Under the pieces are notes generated by a model. That model was not told where the DNA came from. It saw nothing but the letters and a program-made list of their open reading frames with translations, and did not search any database. A program made the position numbers and the translations under genes. From Malacoraja senta (lineage: Eukaryota): a stretch of 64,000 nt of DNA. Where the stretch lies: the NCBI GenBank assembly GCA_038087875.1, contig CM075990.1, forward strand, positions 7,690,001 to 7,754,000, given 5' to 3'. Positions 1-11,379 of this stretch are shown here, piece by piece. Position 1 is the first letter of the stretch, and each line of letters starts with the position of its first letter.

Positions 1-545
1 CTAGTCCATCACTTGTACCCTTTATGCTAAATCCTGTACATCATTCGACCTGCTCCAAAACGCAAAGTCCTGGAGGAACATCAGGTCCGGCAGCATCTGG
101 GAAGGGAATGGACAGGCGATATTTCGGGTCGGGACCCTTCTTCAGACTTTGAAACAATACTGAGTGGAGAGTGCTGGTTTTGGGGGGTGGACAATGCCAC
201 CGATCATTTAGTATAGATCCCCCTCACCACCACCCCCTCCGAGCTCCACTCAGTTTGGTGGAATATGTGTAGTCAATGATATCAATGCTATATCTTGCAC
301 TAAATGGTGTTCCTTTTATGCTTGATCTCTGCAAAATGGACAGTTTGATTGCATTAATGCATAGTCTTTTCTTTGGATAGCATGAAAACAAAAGCTTTTC
401 ATTGTACCTCGTGCATGTGGTAATAATAAACCAAACTAAACTAATCTGTTTCCTCATGGTCAATGCTACCTGGACCGCTGAGCTCTTCCAGCACTTTGTG
501 TTTTGCTCAAAATTCCAGCATCTGCAGTTCCTTGTGTCTCCATTA

Positions 546-1231
546 AGGGCCTGTCCTACTTGGATGACCTAATCCACGAGTTTAGAAGACCCTAGGCGAG
601 TTGAAAAAATATCAAGGTCATGTTGACTCGCCGAAGTAAAAGACCTCCTACGACTATGTCTACGACCTCCTACGACCTCCTACGACCCCACTCGACCTCA
701 GTCTTCCACACCTAAGACCAACTACGACTAGCTACGAGTGGAAAATTATCACATGATCAAATGATGTCATGTTTGCATTTTTTTTCTCGGGGCAGTTACC
801 GACCTACGACCTACCTACGACCTACCTACGACTACCATCACGACCTACTACGACCTACCTACGACCTACCTACGACCTACCTACGACCTACCTACGACTA
901 CCATCACGACCTACTACGACCTACCTACGACCTACCTACGACCTACCTACGACCTACCTACGACTACCATCACGACCTACTACGACCTACCTACGAGTAA
1001 AAAGTATCCATTTTTTCCATGCCGATCTTTATTTTACACGTGGACATTTTTATCAGGCTGGAACAAACGCCGCGACCTACTTGAGGCCACGAGTACGCGG
1101 TGACCACTCACGAGCATGAGGAAGAGTTACGAAGACCTCCTACGACCTTGTGGCGACCATGCTACGGAGTATGAGTCAAGGGCAAACTCGGCAGAGGTCG
1201 TGAATTAGGTCGTAAAAGTGGGGCAGGGGCT
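546..1231. mobile_element. PIF/Harbinger-like MITE (AGGGCCTGTCCCACT TIR family)
   Basis: Left end AGGGCCTGTCCTACT, right end AGTGGGGCAGGGGCT; TTA on both sides (543-545, 1232-1234); interior full of ACGACCT repeats. Confidence 0.75.
797..995. repeat. Tandem repeat: ~11-bp CCTACGACCTA subunits in a 66-bp higher-order unit, 3 copies
   Basis: ACTACCATCA recurs at 831, 897 and 963. Confidence 0.9.
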
Positions 1232-1642
1232 TTAGGCCTATTTTTTTCTGGCAATGTTGCACAACTTTGCCCTGTGTTTAATACTACCTTTAGAATCATA
1301 GAGTACAACCTTGCAGAGACAGGCCCTTCAGCACATCCTGTCCATGCTAGCCATGAAGTATCTACATTAATCCCATTGGCCAGTGGTTGCTTCACGGTTT
1401 CCGCGTCTTGGCAATCGATGTACTTGTCTAGATCTGTCCTTCATGTTGTGAGAGTCTCTACCTCCGCCATCTTCCCAAGCAGTTGGGATTGACGGAGCTC
1501 GGAGCGAGGGGGAGAAGTGCGACATGGGGTGGGGGAGGTGTAAGGAGGAGGAATAAATGGGGGAAAAGGCAATGAATATTGAGAGACAGGGCTGTGGAAG
1601 TAAAGATAGAACCTCACCTTGGAAGAGAGAAGCACAGAAGCA

Positions 1643-1952
1643 TGTGGCACAGTGGTAGGGTTGCTGCCTTACAGCGCCAGAGCCCTGGGTCCCGGGTTCG
1701 ATCCTGAGTACAGGTGCTGTCTGTACGGAGTTTGTACGTTCTCCCCGTGACCTGCGTGGGTTTTCTCCAAGATCGGTTTTCTCCAGCACTCCAAAGACGT
1801 ACAAGTTTGTAGGTTAATTGGCTTGGTATCAATGAAAAATTGGCCCTAACGTGTATAGGATAGTGTTAATGTGTGGGGATCGCTGGTCGGTGCGGACTTG
1901 GTGGGCCGAAGGGCCTGTTTCTGCACTGTATCTCTAAATTAAAGTAAACTAA
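1643..1952 (+). mobile_element. tRNA-derived SINE (HE1/V-SINE-like)
   Basis: tRNA-like head with B-box GGTTCGATCC; central GGAGTTTGTACGTTCTCCCCGTG domain; CR1-like 3' end GGGCCGAAGGGCCTGTTT; TAAAC-type tail. Confidence 0.85.
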
Positions 1953-2551
1953 GGTCGAGAGGTCGAAGGAAAGCAAGTGGCTGAATCCATCATGTCCAGA
2001 GGCTACAATGGTGAGAGAGATGCCTCAGTGTCTGTTCACAAGGCCAGTGCCTATGTATCAGCCCTGCTTCCTGGCCATTGCAGGTTCTAGCACAAGGATA
2101 ACAGCTGGCAAAGCACAGGGAACAGAAAGCCGAGACTCGTGACAGCCATGACTTGAGGCCTGCTGAAGTCTTGTTGGGGCCGGGGAACAGTTGTTTCCTT
2201 GGAGTTTGCTGAAGCATTTGATTATAAAGCATTGGAGCATAAATCAGTGAGTTACTCCCAGCAGGTCTGCCATAGGATTAGCAAGGGTTGTAATTGCCTT
2301 AGAATCAGGTCATAACTCTTCAATTACTGCCTGCAGCAAGCTCTAATTGCCCAGGTTTCTGATTTGCCCACAAAAGCCATGCACTAAAGTGGATTGACTG
2401 TGTCATCTTATAGAGTCACAGAGTCATAGAGTGTAGAAGCAGGCCCTTCGACCCAACTTGCCCACACCGACCAACATGTCCTAACTATACTAGTCTCACC
2501 TGCCTGCGGATGGCCCATATCCCTCTAAACCTGTCCTATCCATGTACTTGT

Positions 2552-2773
2552 TTAAGAAGGAACTGCAGATGCTGGAAAATCGAAGGTAGGCAAAATGCTG
2601 GAGAAACTCAGCGGGTGAGGCAGCATCTATGGAGCGATGGAAATAGGCAACGTTTCAGGGCGAAACCCTTCTTCAGACCCTTCTTCAGAAGGGTTTCGGC
2701 CCAAAACGTTGCCTATTTCCTTCGCTCCATAGATGTTGCCTCACCCGCTTAGTTTCTCCAGCATTTTTGTCTA
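2552..2773. mobile_element. Fold-back Penelope-derived mini-element inserted in a CR1 3' end
   Basis: Two inverted arms; flanked by the 17-bp direct repeat CCTATCCATGTACTTGT (2535-2551, 2774-2790). Confidence 0.75.
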
Positions 2774-2828
2774 CCTATCCATGTACTTGTCCAGTGACGT
2801 TCAGTTCGGGACCTTCTTCAGGCTGATT

Positions 2829-2952
2829 GTGGGGGTGGGGGTGGGGGCGGGGGTGGTGGTGGGGGTGGGGGTGTGTGTGGGGGTGGTGGTGGGGGTGGGG
2901 TGGGTGGGGTGGGGTGGGGGTGGGGGTCGGGATGGGGTGGGCGTGGGGGTGG
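2829..2952 (+). repeat. G-rich (GGGGGT)n-like low-complexity tract, potential G-quadruplex
   Basis: Many consecutive runs of 4-5 G separated by 1-5 nt. Confidence 0.8.
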
Positions 2953-3477
2953 GAATCAAGTTTGGAGGAGAGGTTGCGGTGGGACAAAGTCTGGCAAGTG
3001 ATAGGTGTTACAGCGGATGGGGCTTTGACTGGGAAATGGTTGGACAAAGATGAAAAGACGAAAGTGTGAAATAAAGAGAAACGGTGCTAATTGGGAAGCC
3101 GGGCAAAGGGATATAGGTGGAAGGAAACAGGTAGAAAGGAAAATGGAGAATTGATGCACATCCAGGTGGTAAAAAGGGAAAAGCAGGGGGTTTGGGTTGT
3201 TGTTGTTTAGTCATCTAAAATTTGCAAATTCAATCTTCATACCGTTGGGTTGCTAGCTACCCAAGCAGAATATATCCGCTATATAGAGGCCCGTTATTGC
3301 GGAAGGTTTACTGCAGTCACCCCTCTCTCCAGCACAGACACACTAGATGGTGATCAGTAGCAGGGACCCAGCCGATGAACCATTCTCTAAATCCATGGGT
3401 CACTGAAAACTAACCCAAAGCTGGAAGCTAGCCGTCAAAAGTAGGGACCAGAATCACTTAGTCCATCACCCTCAATA

Positions 3478-3676
3478 CAGATGCTCCCTGATTTATGATC
3501 CAAGACTTACGATATTTTGACTTTACGATGGCGCAAACACTGGGCAACGGCAGCGCGCCGCAGCTCACTTCCGGTCACGTGATCACATTGTATTAAATGT
3601 GTTTTCGACTTACGATATTTTCGATTTCCGATGGGTTTATCGGAACGTAACCCCATCGTAGGTGAAGGAGCAGCTG
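3478..3676 (-). mobile_element. pogo/Tigger-like MITE resembling Tigger5/MER47 termini
   Basis: TIRs CAGATGCTCC / GGAGCAGCTG; TA on the left. The minus strand reads CAGCTGCTCCTTCACCTACGATGGGGTTACGTTCCGATAAACCCATCGGAAATCGAAAATATCGTAAGTCGAAAA, close to the remembered MER47 left end. Confidence 0.7.
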
Positions 3677-4579
3677 TTACTCACTCGACGCATCTGCAAC
3701 TCCCACCAACTCTGTCATGAGTTAATTAGCATTTCAAATGTAATAGAACACGTTATTACAGACAATCTCTGCTCAAATATTCATTATTAACGAGTGAAAG
3801 GTTGGTTTAGCTTTGATGAAAGGACGTGATCATCTCATTTCAATGAGTAAAATAATTATGGCAAGTCAAGTAATTGGGAACTTTTAAAGGACAAATTCGT
3901 ATTTAACATGAATTTTGTTAGCTTAATGAACTTCATTTTTAACAAGGAGTCTTCTATGTCAGGATTTGTTTCTGCAACGTCACAGTCAGCCCATTGAGCC
4001 AGATATCACAGGGGATACAGGGGCTTGTAGATGGGAAACAACATTTGGGGGTGGGATTGTGTGGGTGGTTTGTAGTACATGATACAGTGACACAGAGCGG
4101 AAACAGGACCTTTGGCAGGGAAATGGTGGGTTGATTGTTGGGGCAGTTGACACGAGGTAGAATGCGGGTTGTGGGATAAGGTTGGGTGTGGCATGGACTT
4201 TGGGGGGTTGAGATAAGGAGGGGTCGGGTTTGCAGTTGTTGTTGGTTGAAGTTGGATGTTGATGGTTAAGATCAAGTGAGGTCTGGATATGAAGTGAGTT
4301 GGGACCTTGGTGTAGTTATGGGGAACGGCCAGGTGAGATGTGGGTTTGAGATAAGAGAAGAGTCAGGGCGTGCAAGGAGTCAGGATAGAGTGACGTTTAA
4401 TATGGGCTGAAGGTAGACAAAAATGCTGGAGAAACTCAGTGTGTGAGGCAGCATCTATGGAGTGAAGGAATAGGTGACGTTTTGGGTCGAGACCCTTCTT
4501 CAGACCCTCTTTAATATGGGGTTGGGTGGATTAGGTGTTAGTGTCAGTCTGGGTTGGAAGCGTGATGGGGTGGGGAAAA

Positions 4580-4950
4580 ATAGAGGTGTACAAAATCATG
4601 AGAGGAATAGGTATGGTAGGCGCACAGAGTCCCTTGCCCAGAGTAGGGGAATCAAGAACCAGAGGACATAGGTTTAAGGTGGGGAGGACAGAGTTAACCA
4701 GGAAACTTAAGGGGTGGCATTTTCACACAGATGGTGGTGGGTGTATGGAATGAGCTGCTGGAGGAGGTAGTTGAGGCAGGTAGGATCGCAACGTTTAAGA
4801 AACATTTGGACAGGTACATGGGTAGGACAGGTTTGGAGGAATATGGGCCAAACACAGGCAGGTGGCACTAGTGTTGATGGGACATGTTGGTCAGTGTGGG
4901 CAAGTTGGGCTGAAGGGCCTGTTTCCACACGGTATGACTATGACTCTAAA
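4580..4950 (+). mobile_element. CR1/HER1-like LINE 3' fragment
   Basis: Encodes IEVYKIMRG...GESRTRGHRFKV, typical of the CR1 ORF2 C-terminus; 3' end GGGCTGAAGGGCCTGTTTCC and (TATGAC) tail. Confidence 0.8.
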
Positions 4951-5104
4951 TGCAATTAGGCCAGTCAGTCAAGGCATGATTTAGATGGAAGTGGGATCCA
5001 ATGTAATAAGTGTGAGGTAGGTTAGAATACAGGTGAGGATTGTATTAATGTGGGTGACGCAAGGTATAATGTGAGATAGCTTCAAATGGGAATTGGGTTT
5101 GTGT

Positions 5105-5625
5105 GGGGTGGGGTTAGGATGGAAGGTAGTGCAGGTGTGGTTAGGATGGAAGGTAGTGCAGGTGGGGTTAGGATGGAAGGTAGTGCGGGTGGAGTTAGGA
5201 TGGAAGGTAGTGCAGGTGGGGTTAGGATGGAAGGTAGTGCAGGTGGGGTTAGGATGGAAGGTAGTGTGGGTGGGGTTAGGATGGAAGGTAGTGCAGGTGG
5301 GGTTAGGATGGAAGGTAGTGCAGGTGGGTTAGGATGGAAGGTAGTGCAGGTGGGGTTAGGATGGAAGGTAGTGCAGGTGGGGTTAGGATGGAAGGTAGTG
5401 CAGGTGGAGTTAGATGGATGGTAGTGCAGGTGGGTTAGGATGGAAGGTAGTGCAGGTGGGGTTAGGATGGAAGGTAGTGCAGGTGGGGTTAGGATGGAAG
5501 GTAGTGCAGGTGGGGTTAGGATGGAAGGTAGTGCGGGTGGGGTTAGGATGGAAGGTAGTGCGGGTGGGGTTAGGATGGAAGGTAGTGCGGGTGGGGTTAG
5601 GATGGAAGGTAGTGCGGGTGGGGTG
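5105..5625. repeat. 27-bp minisatellite GTTAGGATGGAAGGTAGTGCAGGTGGG, ~19 copies
   Basis: Directly visible tandem array; produces 9-aa repeats in the ORF track. Confidence 0.95.
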
Positions 5626-5671
5626 ATGCATTGCAGTGGAATAGGGTTGGTGTTTGGAATGGTTGGTGCAT

Positions 5672-6104
5672 AGTGGATTGAGGACGCAGCCCAGACCATC
5701 ACACAAACCAACCTCCCTTCCATCAACTCCATTTATACCTCACGCTGCCTCGGCAAGGCCAGCAGCATAATCAAGGACGAATCACACCCTGGCCACTCCC
5801 TATTCTCCCCTCTCCCATTAAGCAAAAGGTATAGAAGTGTGAAAACACACACCTCCAGATTCTGGGACTTTCTTCTCAGAAAGGCAAGTGAATCATCCGT
5901 CCACAACTAAAGAGAAGTCCTGAGCTACTATCTACCTGATGGGTGACCCTCCGACTATCTTTGATCGGCCCTCACTGGCTTTATCTTGCACTAAACATTA
6001 TCGGCTCGATTGTAATCAGGTACTGTCTTTCCGCTGACTGGTTAGCACGCGACAAAAGTTTTTCACTGTACCTCGGTAAACGTGATACTAAACTGAACTG
6101 AACT
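5672..6104 (+). mobile_element. Rex1/Babar-like LINE 3' fragment
   Basis: Translates RCLGKASSIIKDESHPGHSLFSPLP...RYRSVKTHTSRF, typical of the Rex1 C-terminus; ends TTCACTGTACCTCGGT...AAACTGAACTGAACTG. Confidence 0.7.
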
Positions 6105-6859
6105 GATGGTATGTCGAGGAAAGAACTGCCAGATGCTGGTTTAAAGCGAAGATGGACACAAAATGCTGGAGTAACTCAGCGGGACAGGCAGCATCTCTGG
6201 AGAGAAGGAATGGGTGACGTTTCGGGTCGAGACCATTCTTCAGATGGTAGGGTGTAGTGTTGGGAAGGGTTAGGTGAGCTATGGGTTTAGGTGTGATGGG
6301 GTAGGGTGGGTTGGGGAGTTATCCCCATTGTCTCTTATGCTCCAGTCTCAACATTGCCCCATGTGAATGGAGTGCGTGTGGTAGTAATGAGGCAGAGAGA
6401 TTATCCTGTGGTGGAAAGAGCAGCAGTCCTTTCAACCAGTCATTCAAACTGGAATATTCCACAAGCAGATGCAGTTCCTGAGCTGTGGGTAACTGTGAAC
6501 ATTGAACAGCCTGAGGTGATTAAATCTAACGTAACAAATGTGATTGCTTTTCATTTAGAATTACTAATATTCAATATGCAACGCTCATTCCTCGACCTGT
6601 ACTGACAGAAGCCTGAAAGTAATAGTGGGTTGTGATGTGTGTTCCCATCCATCACCAAGCTCTGATTGTGACAATTATTTCAAAAAGACTAATGGCTGCG
6701 CAGCGACGCAACTGGTAGAGCTGCTGCCTCAGAGACCCAGGTCCAATGGTCCAATGGTCCTTTAGTGTCACGTGCACCAGTGATTTACCATACAGTCATA
6801 GCAAACATGCAACAAGGTACAGAACTACATCAAGATTAAACATAACCATCCACCACAGC

Positions 6860-7165
6860 GGCGTGTGAGAATCCCCAGGGCACGCAGCATAAGCAGCCAC
6901 CAGTTCAATGTCCGCGCCACACACACACGCTCCTTCACCGTGATGTGACCAGCGTTGTACCGACTGCTGTGACTCTCGCTGCAGTCCCCGTCCGCCCGAA
7001 CAGTCAGAAAGCCGTCCACACTCGCACCAGATGTCCCCGCAAACACCAAGATCACTGCACCCACGGCACTCCCTCCGAGTCCCCACCAGCACAGGCAGCG
7101 CGTCCATCTTGTCTTTAGGCCACCTCACATTCCCCACTGTGATGGAAGGCAAGTAACGTATACCT
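6860..7165 (-). mobile_element. Decayed LINE apurinic-endonuclease N-terminus (Rex1/Babar-like)
   Basis: ORF segment LPSITVGNVRWPKDKMDAL...RECRGCS resembles the LPSI..GNV.SL.NK.DEL start of these elements. Confidence 0.5.
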
Positions 7166-8105
7166 TCTTCCTGGTTGGTTCCGGTTCGATCTTGATATCG
7201 GGAGCTGTGTGTGTTGAGTTTGCCCGTTCTCCCTGTGTCCTTGTGGGTTTCCTCCGGGTGCTCCAGTTTCCTCCCACGTCTCAAAGACATGCAGGTTTGT
7301 AGGTTAATTGGCATCTAAATTGCCACAAGTTTGCAGAGAGTGGATGAAAACATGGAATAACATAGAACTAGTGTGAATGTGTGATTAATGGTTAATCACA
7401 CATGGGTTTGTTGGTTAATTGGCCACTGTTAATTAACCAAACTTTAGTCTGGTTTAATTTAGTTTAGAGATACAGCGCGGAAACAGGCCATTCGGCCCAC
7501 CGTGTCTGCGCCGACCAGCGATCGTCACACACAAATTAGATGAAGGGATTCAAAGTAACATTAGCAAATTTGCAGATGACACAAAGCTGGGTGGCAGTGT
7601 AAACTTTGAGGAGGATGCTATGAGAATGCAGGGTGACTTGGACAGGATGGGTAAGTGGGCAGATGCATGGCAGATGCAGTTTAATGTGGATAAATGTGAG
7701 GTTATCCACTTTGGTAGGTAGATTATTATCTAAATGGTGTCAAGTTGGGAAAAGGGGAAGTACAACGGGATCTCATCAGTCAATGAAAGTAAGCATGCAG
7801 GTGCAGCAGGCAGTGAAGTACGCGAATGGCATGTTGGCCTTCATAACAAGAGGAATTGAGTATAGGAGCAAAGAGGTCCTTCTGCAGTTGTACAGAGCCC
7901 TAGTGAGACCACACCTGGAGTATTGTGTGCAGTTTTGGTCCCCTAATTTGAGGAAGGACATTCTTGCTATTGAGGGAGTGCAGCGTAGGTTCACAAGGTT
8001 AATTCCAGGGATGGCGGGACTGTCATATGCTGATAGAATGGAGCAGCTGGGCTTGTACACTCTGGAGTTTACATGAGAGGGGATCTTATTGAAACATACA
8101 AGATT

Positions 8106-9347
8106 TTTTTTAATTTTTTTTATTTTTTTTATTTTTATTTATTAGAAGTACATTACATTACAACCACATACATTAATACTCGTCATTTATATCTTCTTAC
8201 AATTAATGTACTCCCTTTATTTATTTTTTTACACTAGAAAAGGAAAAGATTGAAAGAAAGAAGAAAGTGAAGGAAAAAGTGAAAGTGTAGAAAAGTGTAG
8301 AAAATGTAACAACAAAAAAGGACGAAGACCCTATAAGAGCGAAATTAAAAACAAAAGAAAAAGAGTTAAGAAATAGGCCCTAGGAAAAAAAAGAGAAAGA
8401 GAGAGAGGAAAAAAAAAAGAAAAACAAATATTTTTTTGAGCATTACGTAAATAGGACATACCAACTCTTCAACTATCATCCCCCCTTACCTGACCTCAAT
8501 TTTTTATTTTTTTTTAAAGTACTTTTGCACCCTATGTTTGTAATAATTCTATAAATGCAGACCACGTCAGGTGGAAGTGATCTGGTTTACCTGCTAGGAG
8601 GAGTCTTATCTCTTCTAGGTGTAATGTTTCAAACATATTTGAAATCCACATATTTATAGTTGGTATTGGAGCCTTCTTCCAAAATTTTAGAATTAGCTTT
8701 TTTCCAGTTATTAACCCATAGTCCATTAATTTCTTTTGAAACACATTTAGTTCTGGATCATCTTCCGTTATTCCGAAGATAATCCATTCTGCTTTGGGTA
8801 TCAGTCTTGTTTTAAATAACTTTGTAAAGATTTCAAAAATTTCATTCCAAAATTTTTGAATTTTTGTACAGAAGACGAATGAGTGCGCTATAGTAGCTTC
8901 TTGGGATTGACATTTATCACAAATAGATGATACGTTTGGGAAAATTTTATGAATTTTAGTTTTCGAATAATATAATCTATGTAAAATTTTAAATTGTATT
9001 AAAGTGTGTCTTACATTAATCGAGCATTTATGCACGTTTAATAAGTATTCATTCCAACTTTCCTTTGAAATTTTAATAGCTAACTCTTGTTCCCAGTCTC
9101 TTCTGATACCCTCCGTAGGTGGTATTTGTACATTTAAAATAATATTATACAAATATGATATTAAGTTTGCTGATTCCGCTTTTATCCTGCATTGCCTCGT
9201 CCAATACATCTACTGGGTTATTATAATGATCTTTTGTATATTTTTTCAAATAGTCGCATATTTGAAAATATTTAAAATATTGATTATTTCCGAGTTTATA
9301 TTTTATTTGTAATTGTTGAAATGAAAGTAATTTTCCAGTTTCATACA
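8106..9347 (-). mobile_element. 5'-truncated L1-clade LINE (ORF2 C-terminal Cys-rich region, 3' UTR, poly-A)
   Basis: ORF 8532-9209 with QFKILHRLY and CDKC...HSFVFC zinc knuckle; T-rich tail at the left; 15-bp TSD GAAACATACAAGATT (8091-8105, 9348-9362). Confidence 0.9.
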
Positions 9348-9447
9348 GAAACATACAAGATTATTAACGGTTTGGACACGCTAGAGGCAGGAACCATGTT
9401 CCCGATGTTGGGGGAGTCCAGAACCAGGGACCACAGTTTAAGAATAA

Positions 9448-9557
9448 AGGGCCTGTCCCACTTACGCGACTTTTCAGCAAACTGTCTGCGACCTTCAAGC
9501 TCGGAGGCACTCGCCTGAAAAACCGCGAGATGGATCGACCACACACACACGTGCGGA

Positions 9558-9588
<31 letters not shown>

Positions 9589-10293
9589 TCGCAAAGGCGG
9601 GGGCCAGGGAAAGAGGGGGAGCGCTGTCTGAAATTCACACGGTGCAAAGCCAAGGTGATACCCGCGATGAACAGGAAGGTAAAGACGGCTAGCACAGTGT
9701 ACGGTAAGCCCTTTAAAAGAGCGGGGGAAGAAGGGTGGAGAAGGGGGGAGAACTGGAGAGAAGGGGGGAGAAGGGGGAGAGAAGGGGGGAGAAGGAGTGA
9801 GACACTTTTAAGAAGCCAGACAACTTTTAATAAGCCTGAGATACACAGCTGTGAAGTTTAGCGGGCATTTAACATTGCCGGTCGGCTTTCCTTGGTTCTG
9901 AAAACTCGTGCTTACGTTTTTTTTTTCCCCAATGAGCCAATTAAAATGCCCGGTCAGCAAAGGAGATTACCTACGACTACCTCGACTACCTACAACCACA
10001 TGGTGACCCCACTACCCCTGCACTACGACTTCAAAACTATCGATTTTCTCCATGATGACCAACTTTTGCTCACAGAAAAATTTTCAACTTGTTGAAAACA
10101 TTTCCGCGACCAAACTGGCTTGGTGTAACTGGCTTAGGCAGCGAGTTGTAACGACTATGCGGGAACTCCTCTCGACCATGAAGGAGACTTACCAGTGACC
10201 ACCTACAACCATGTGTCGACCATGTTGCGAGCTTGTGGCGAGCACAGACTCTCCTAAACTCGCCAATAAGGTCGCCATAGTGGGACAGGCCCT
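9448..10293. mobile_element. PIF/Harbinger-like MITE inserted in CR1
   Basis: Perfect 15-bp TIRs AGGGCCTGTCCCACT / AGTGGGACAGGCCCT; TAA / TGA flanks; host CR1 text AGAATAA|GGGGT is rejoined by removing it. Confidence 0.85.
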
Positions 10294-11079
10294 TGAGGGG
10301 TAAGGCATTTAGAACGGAGATGAAGAAACACTTTTTCTCACAGAGAGTTGTGAGTCTGTGGAATTCTCTGCCTCAGAGGGCGGTGGAGGCAGGTTCTCTG
10401 GATACTTTCAAGAGAGAGCTTGATAGGGCTCTTAAAGATAGCGGTCAGGGGATATGGGGAGAAGGCAGAAATGGGGTACTGATTGTGGATGATCAGCCAT
10501 GATCACATTGAATGGCAGTGCTGGCTCGAAGTGCCGAATGGCCTACTCCTGCACCTATTGTCTATTGTCTACTGTTTATTGTCTATTAAAATGATGTTTA
10601 TTGTCTAACATCATTCTACTCACTGGGAACAATTTACAATTACACCAAGCCAATTAGCCCACAAATCTGTACGTCTTTGGGGTGTGGGAAGAATCCGGAG
10701 ATCCCGGAGAAAACCCACGCAGGTCACAGGGAGAACGTACAACTCCGTACAGACAAGCAGCCTTAGTGAGGATCGAGCCCGGTTCTCTGGCGCTGTAAGG
10801 CAGCAACTGCGCCACTGTGCCGCCCCTTGAGTAGTGAGTGTTTAATGCAGATTGGCAGAATTCATTAGCAAATCATGTTATCACCTGCCATCTGGTGTTG
10901 TGTTGTGACTCCTGGATTATCACGGGATCAGGGTGAGCTGGTGATGGGCCAAACGCTGACCTTTCTCCGAGACTGTCATCCTTGACATCCCAGCAGACTG
11001 GGTCGGTGGAAACAGGTCATGTTTCTGGATGCAAGTCGGTACAGTCAATGCCGACAGAGGCTGTAGGCAGATCATTTAC

Positions 11080-11379
11080 TTTAGTTTAGTTTAGAGATAC
11101 ACCCACCGTGTCCACAGCGACCAGCGATCATCCCACACATTAACACTATCCTACACACACCAGGGACAATTTACACTTCCACCAAGCCAATTAACCCACA
11201 AACCAGTACGTCTTTGGAGTGTGGGAGGAAACCAAAGATCTCAGAGAAAACCCATGCGGTCACGGGGAGAATGTACTTCCGCCATTCAGACAAGCACCTG
11301 TAGTCGGGATCGTACCCGGGTCTCCAGAGCTGCAAACACTGTAAGGAAGCAACTCTACCGCTGCGCCACTGTGCCGCCC
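11080..11379 (-). mobile_element. HE1/V-SINE-like SINE
   Basis: Reverse complement of the SINE consensus seen at 1643 and 35761; (TTTAG)n tail. Confidence 0.85.

Larger units (their letters stand above)
7533..10590 (+). mobile_element. 5'-truncated CR1 LINE interrupted by an L1 and a MITE
   Basis: SKFADDTKL...RPHLEYCVQFWSP motifs; continues at 9348-9447 and from 10294; ends in a (CTATTGT)n tail. Confidence 0.9.
7459..10826 (-). mobile_element. SINE split by a CR1 insertion (halves ~7459-7532 and ~10605-10826)
   Basis: The SINE 3' part stops at ~7532; the next SINE segment resumes after the CR1 tail at ~10605 and runs to the head at 10826. Confidence 0.7.

Noticed and set aside
797..995. CRISPR-like appearance of regular repeats (also 27592-27855 and 61367-61592)
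   Set aside because: Head-to-tail tandem repeats with no unique spacers and no cas genes, in eukaryotic context.
5082..5732. 216-aa PPALPSILT repeat ORF
   Set aside because: In-frame 27-bp minisatellite; no splice or domain evidence.
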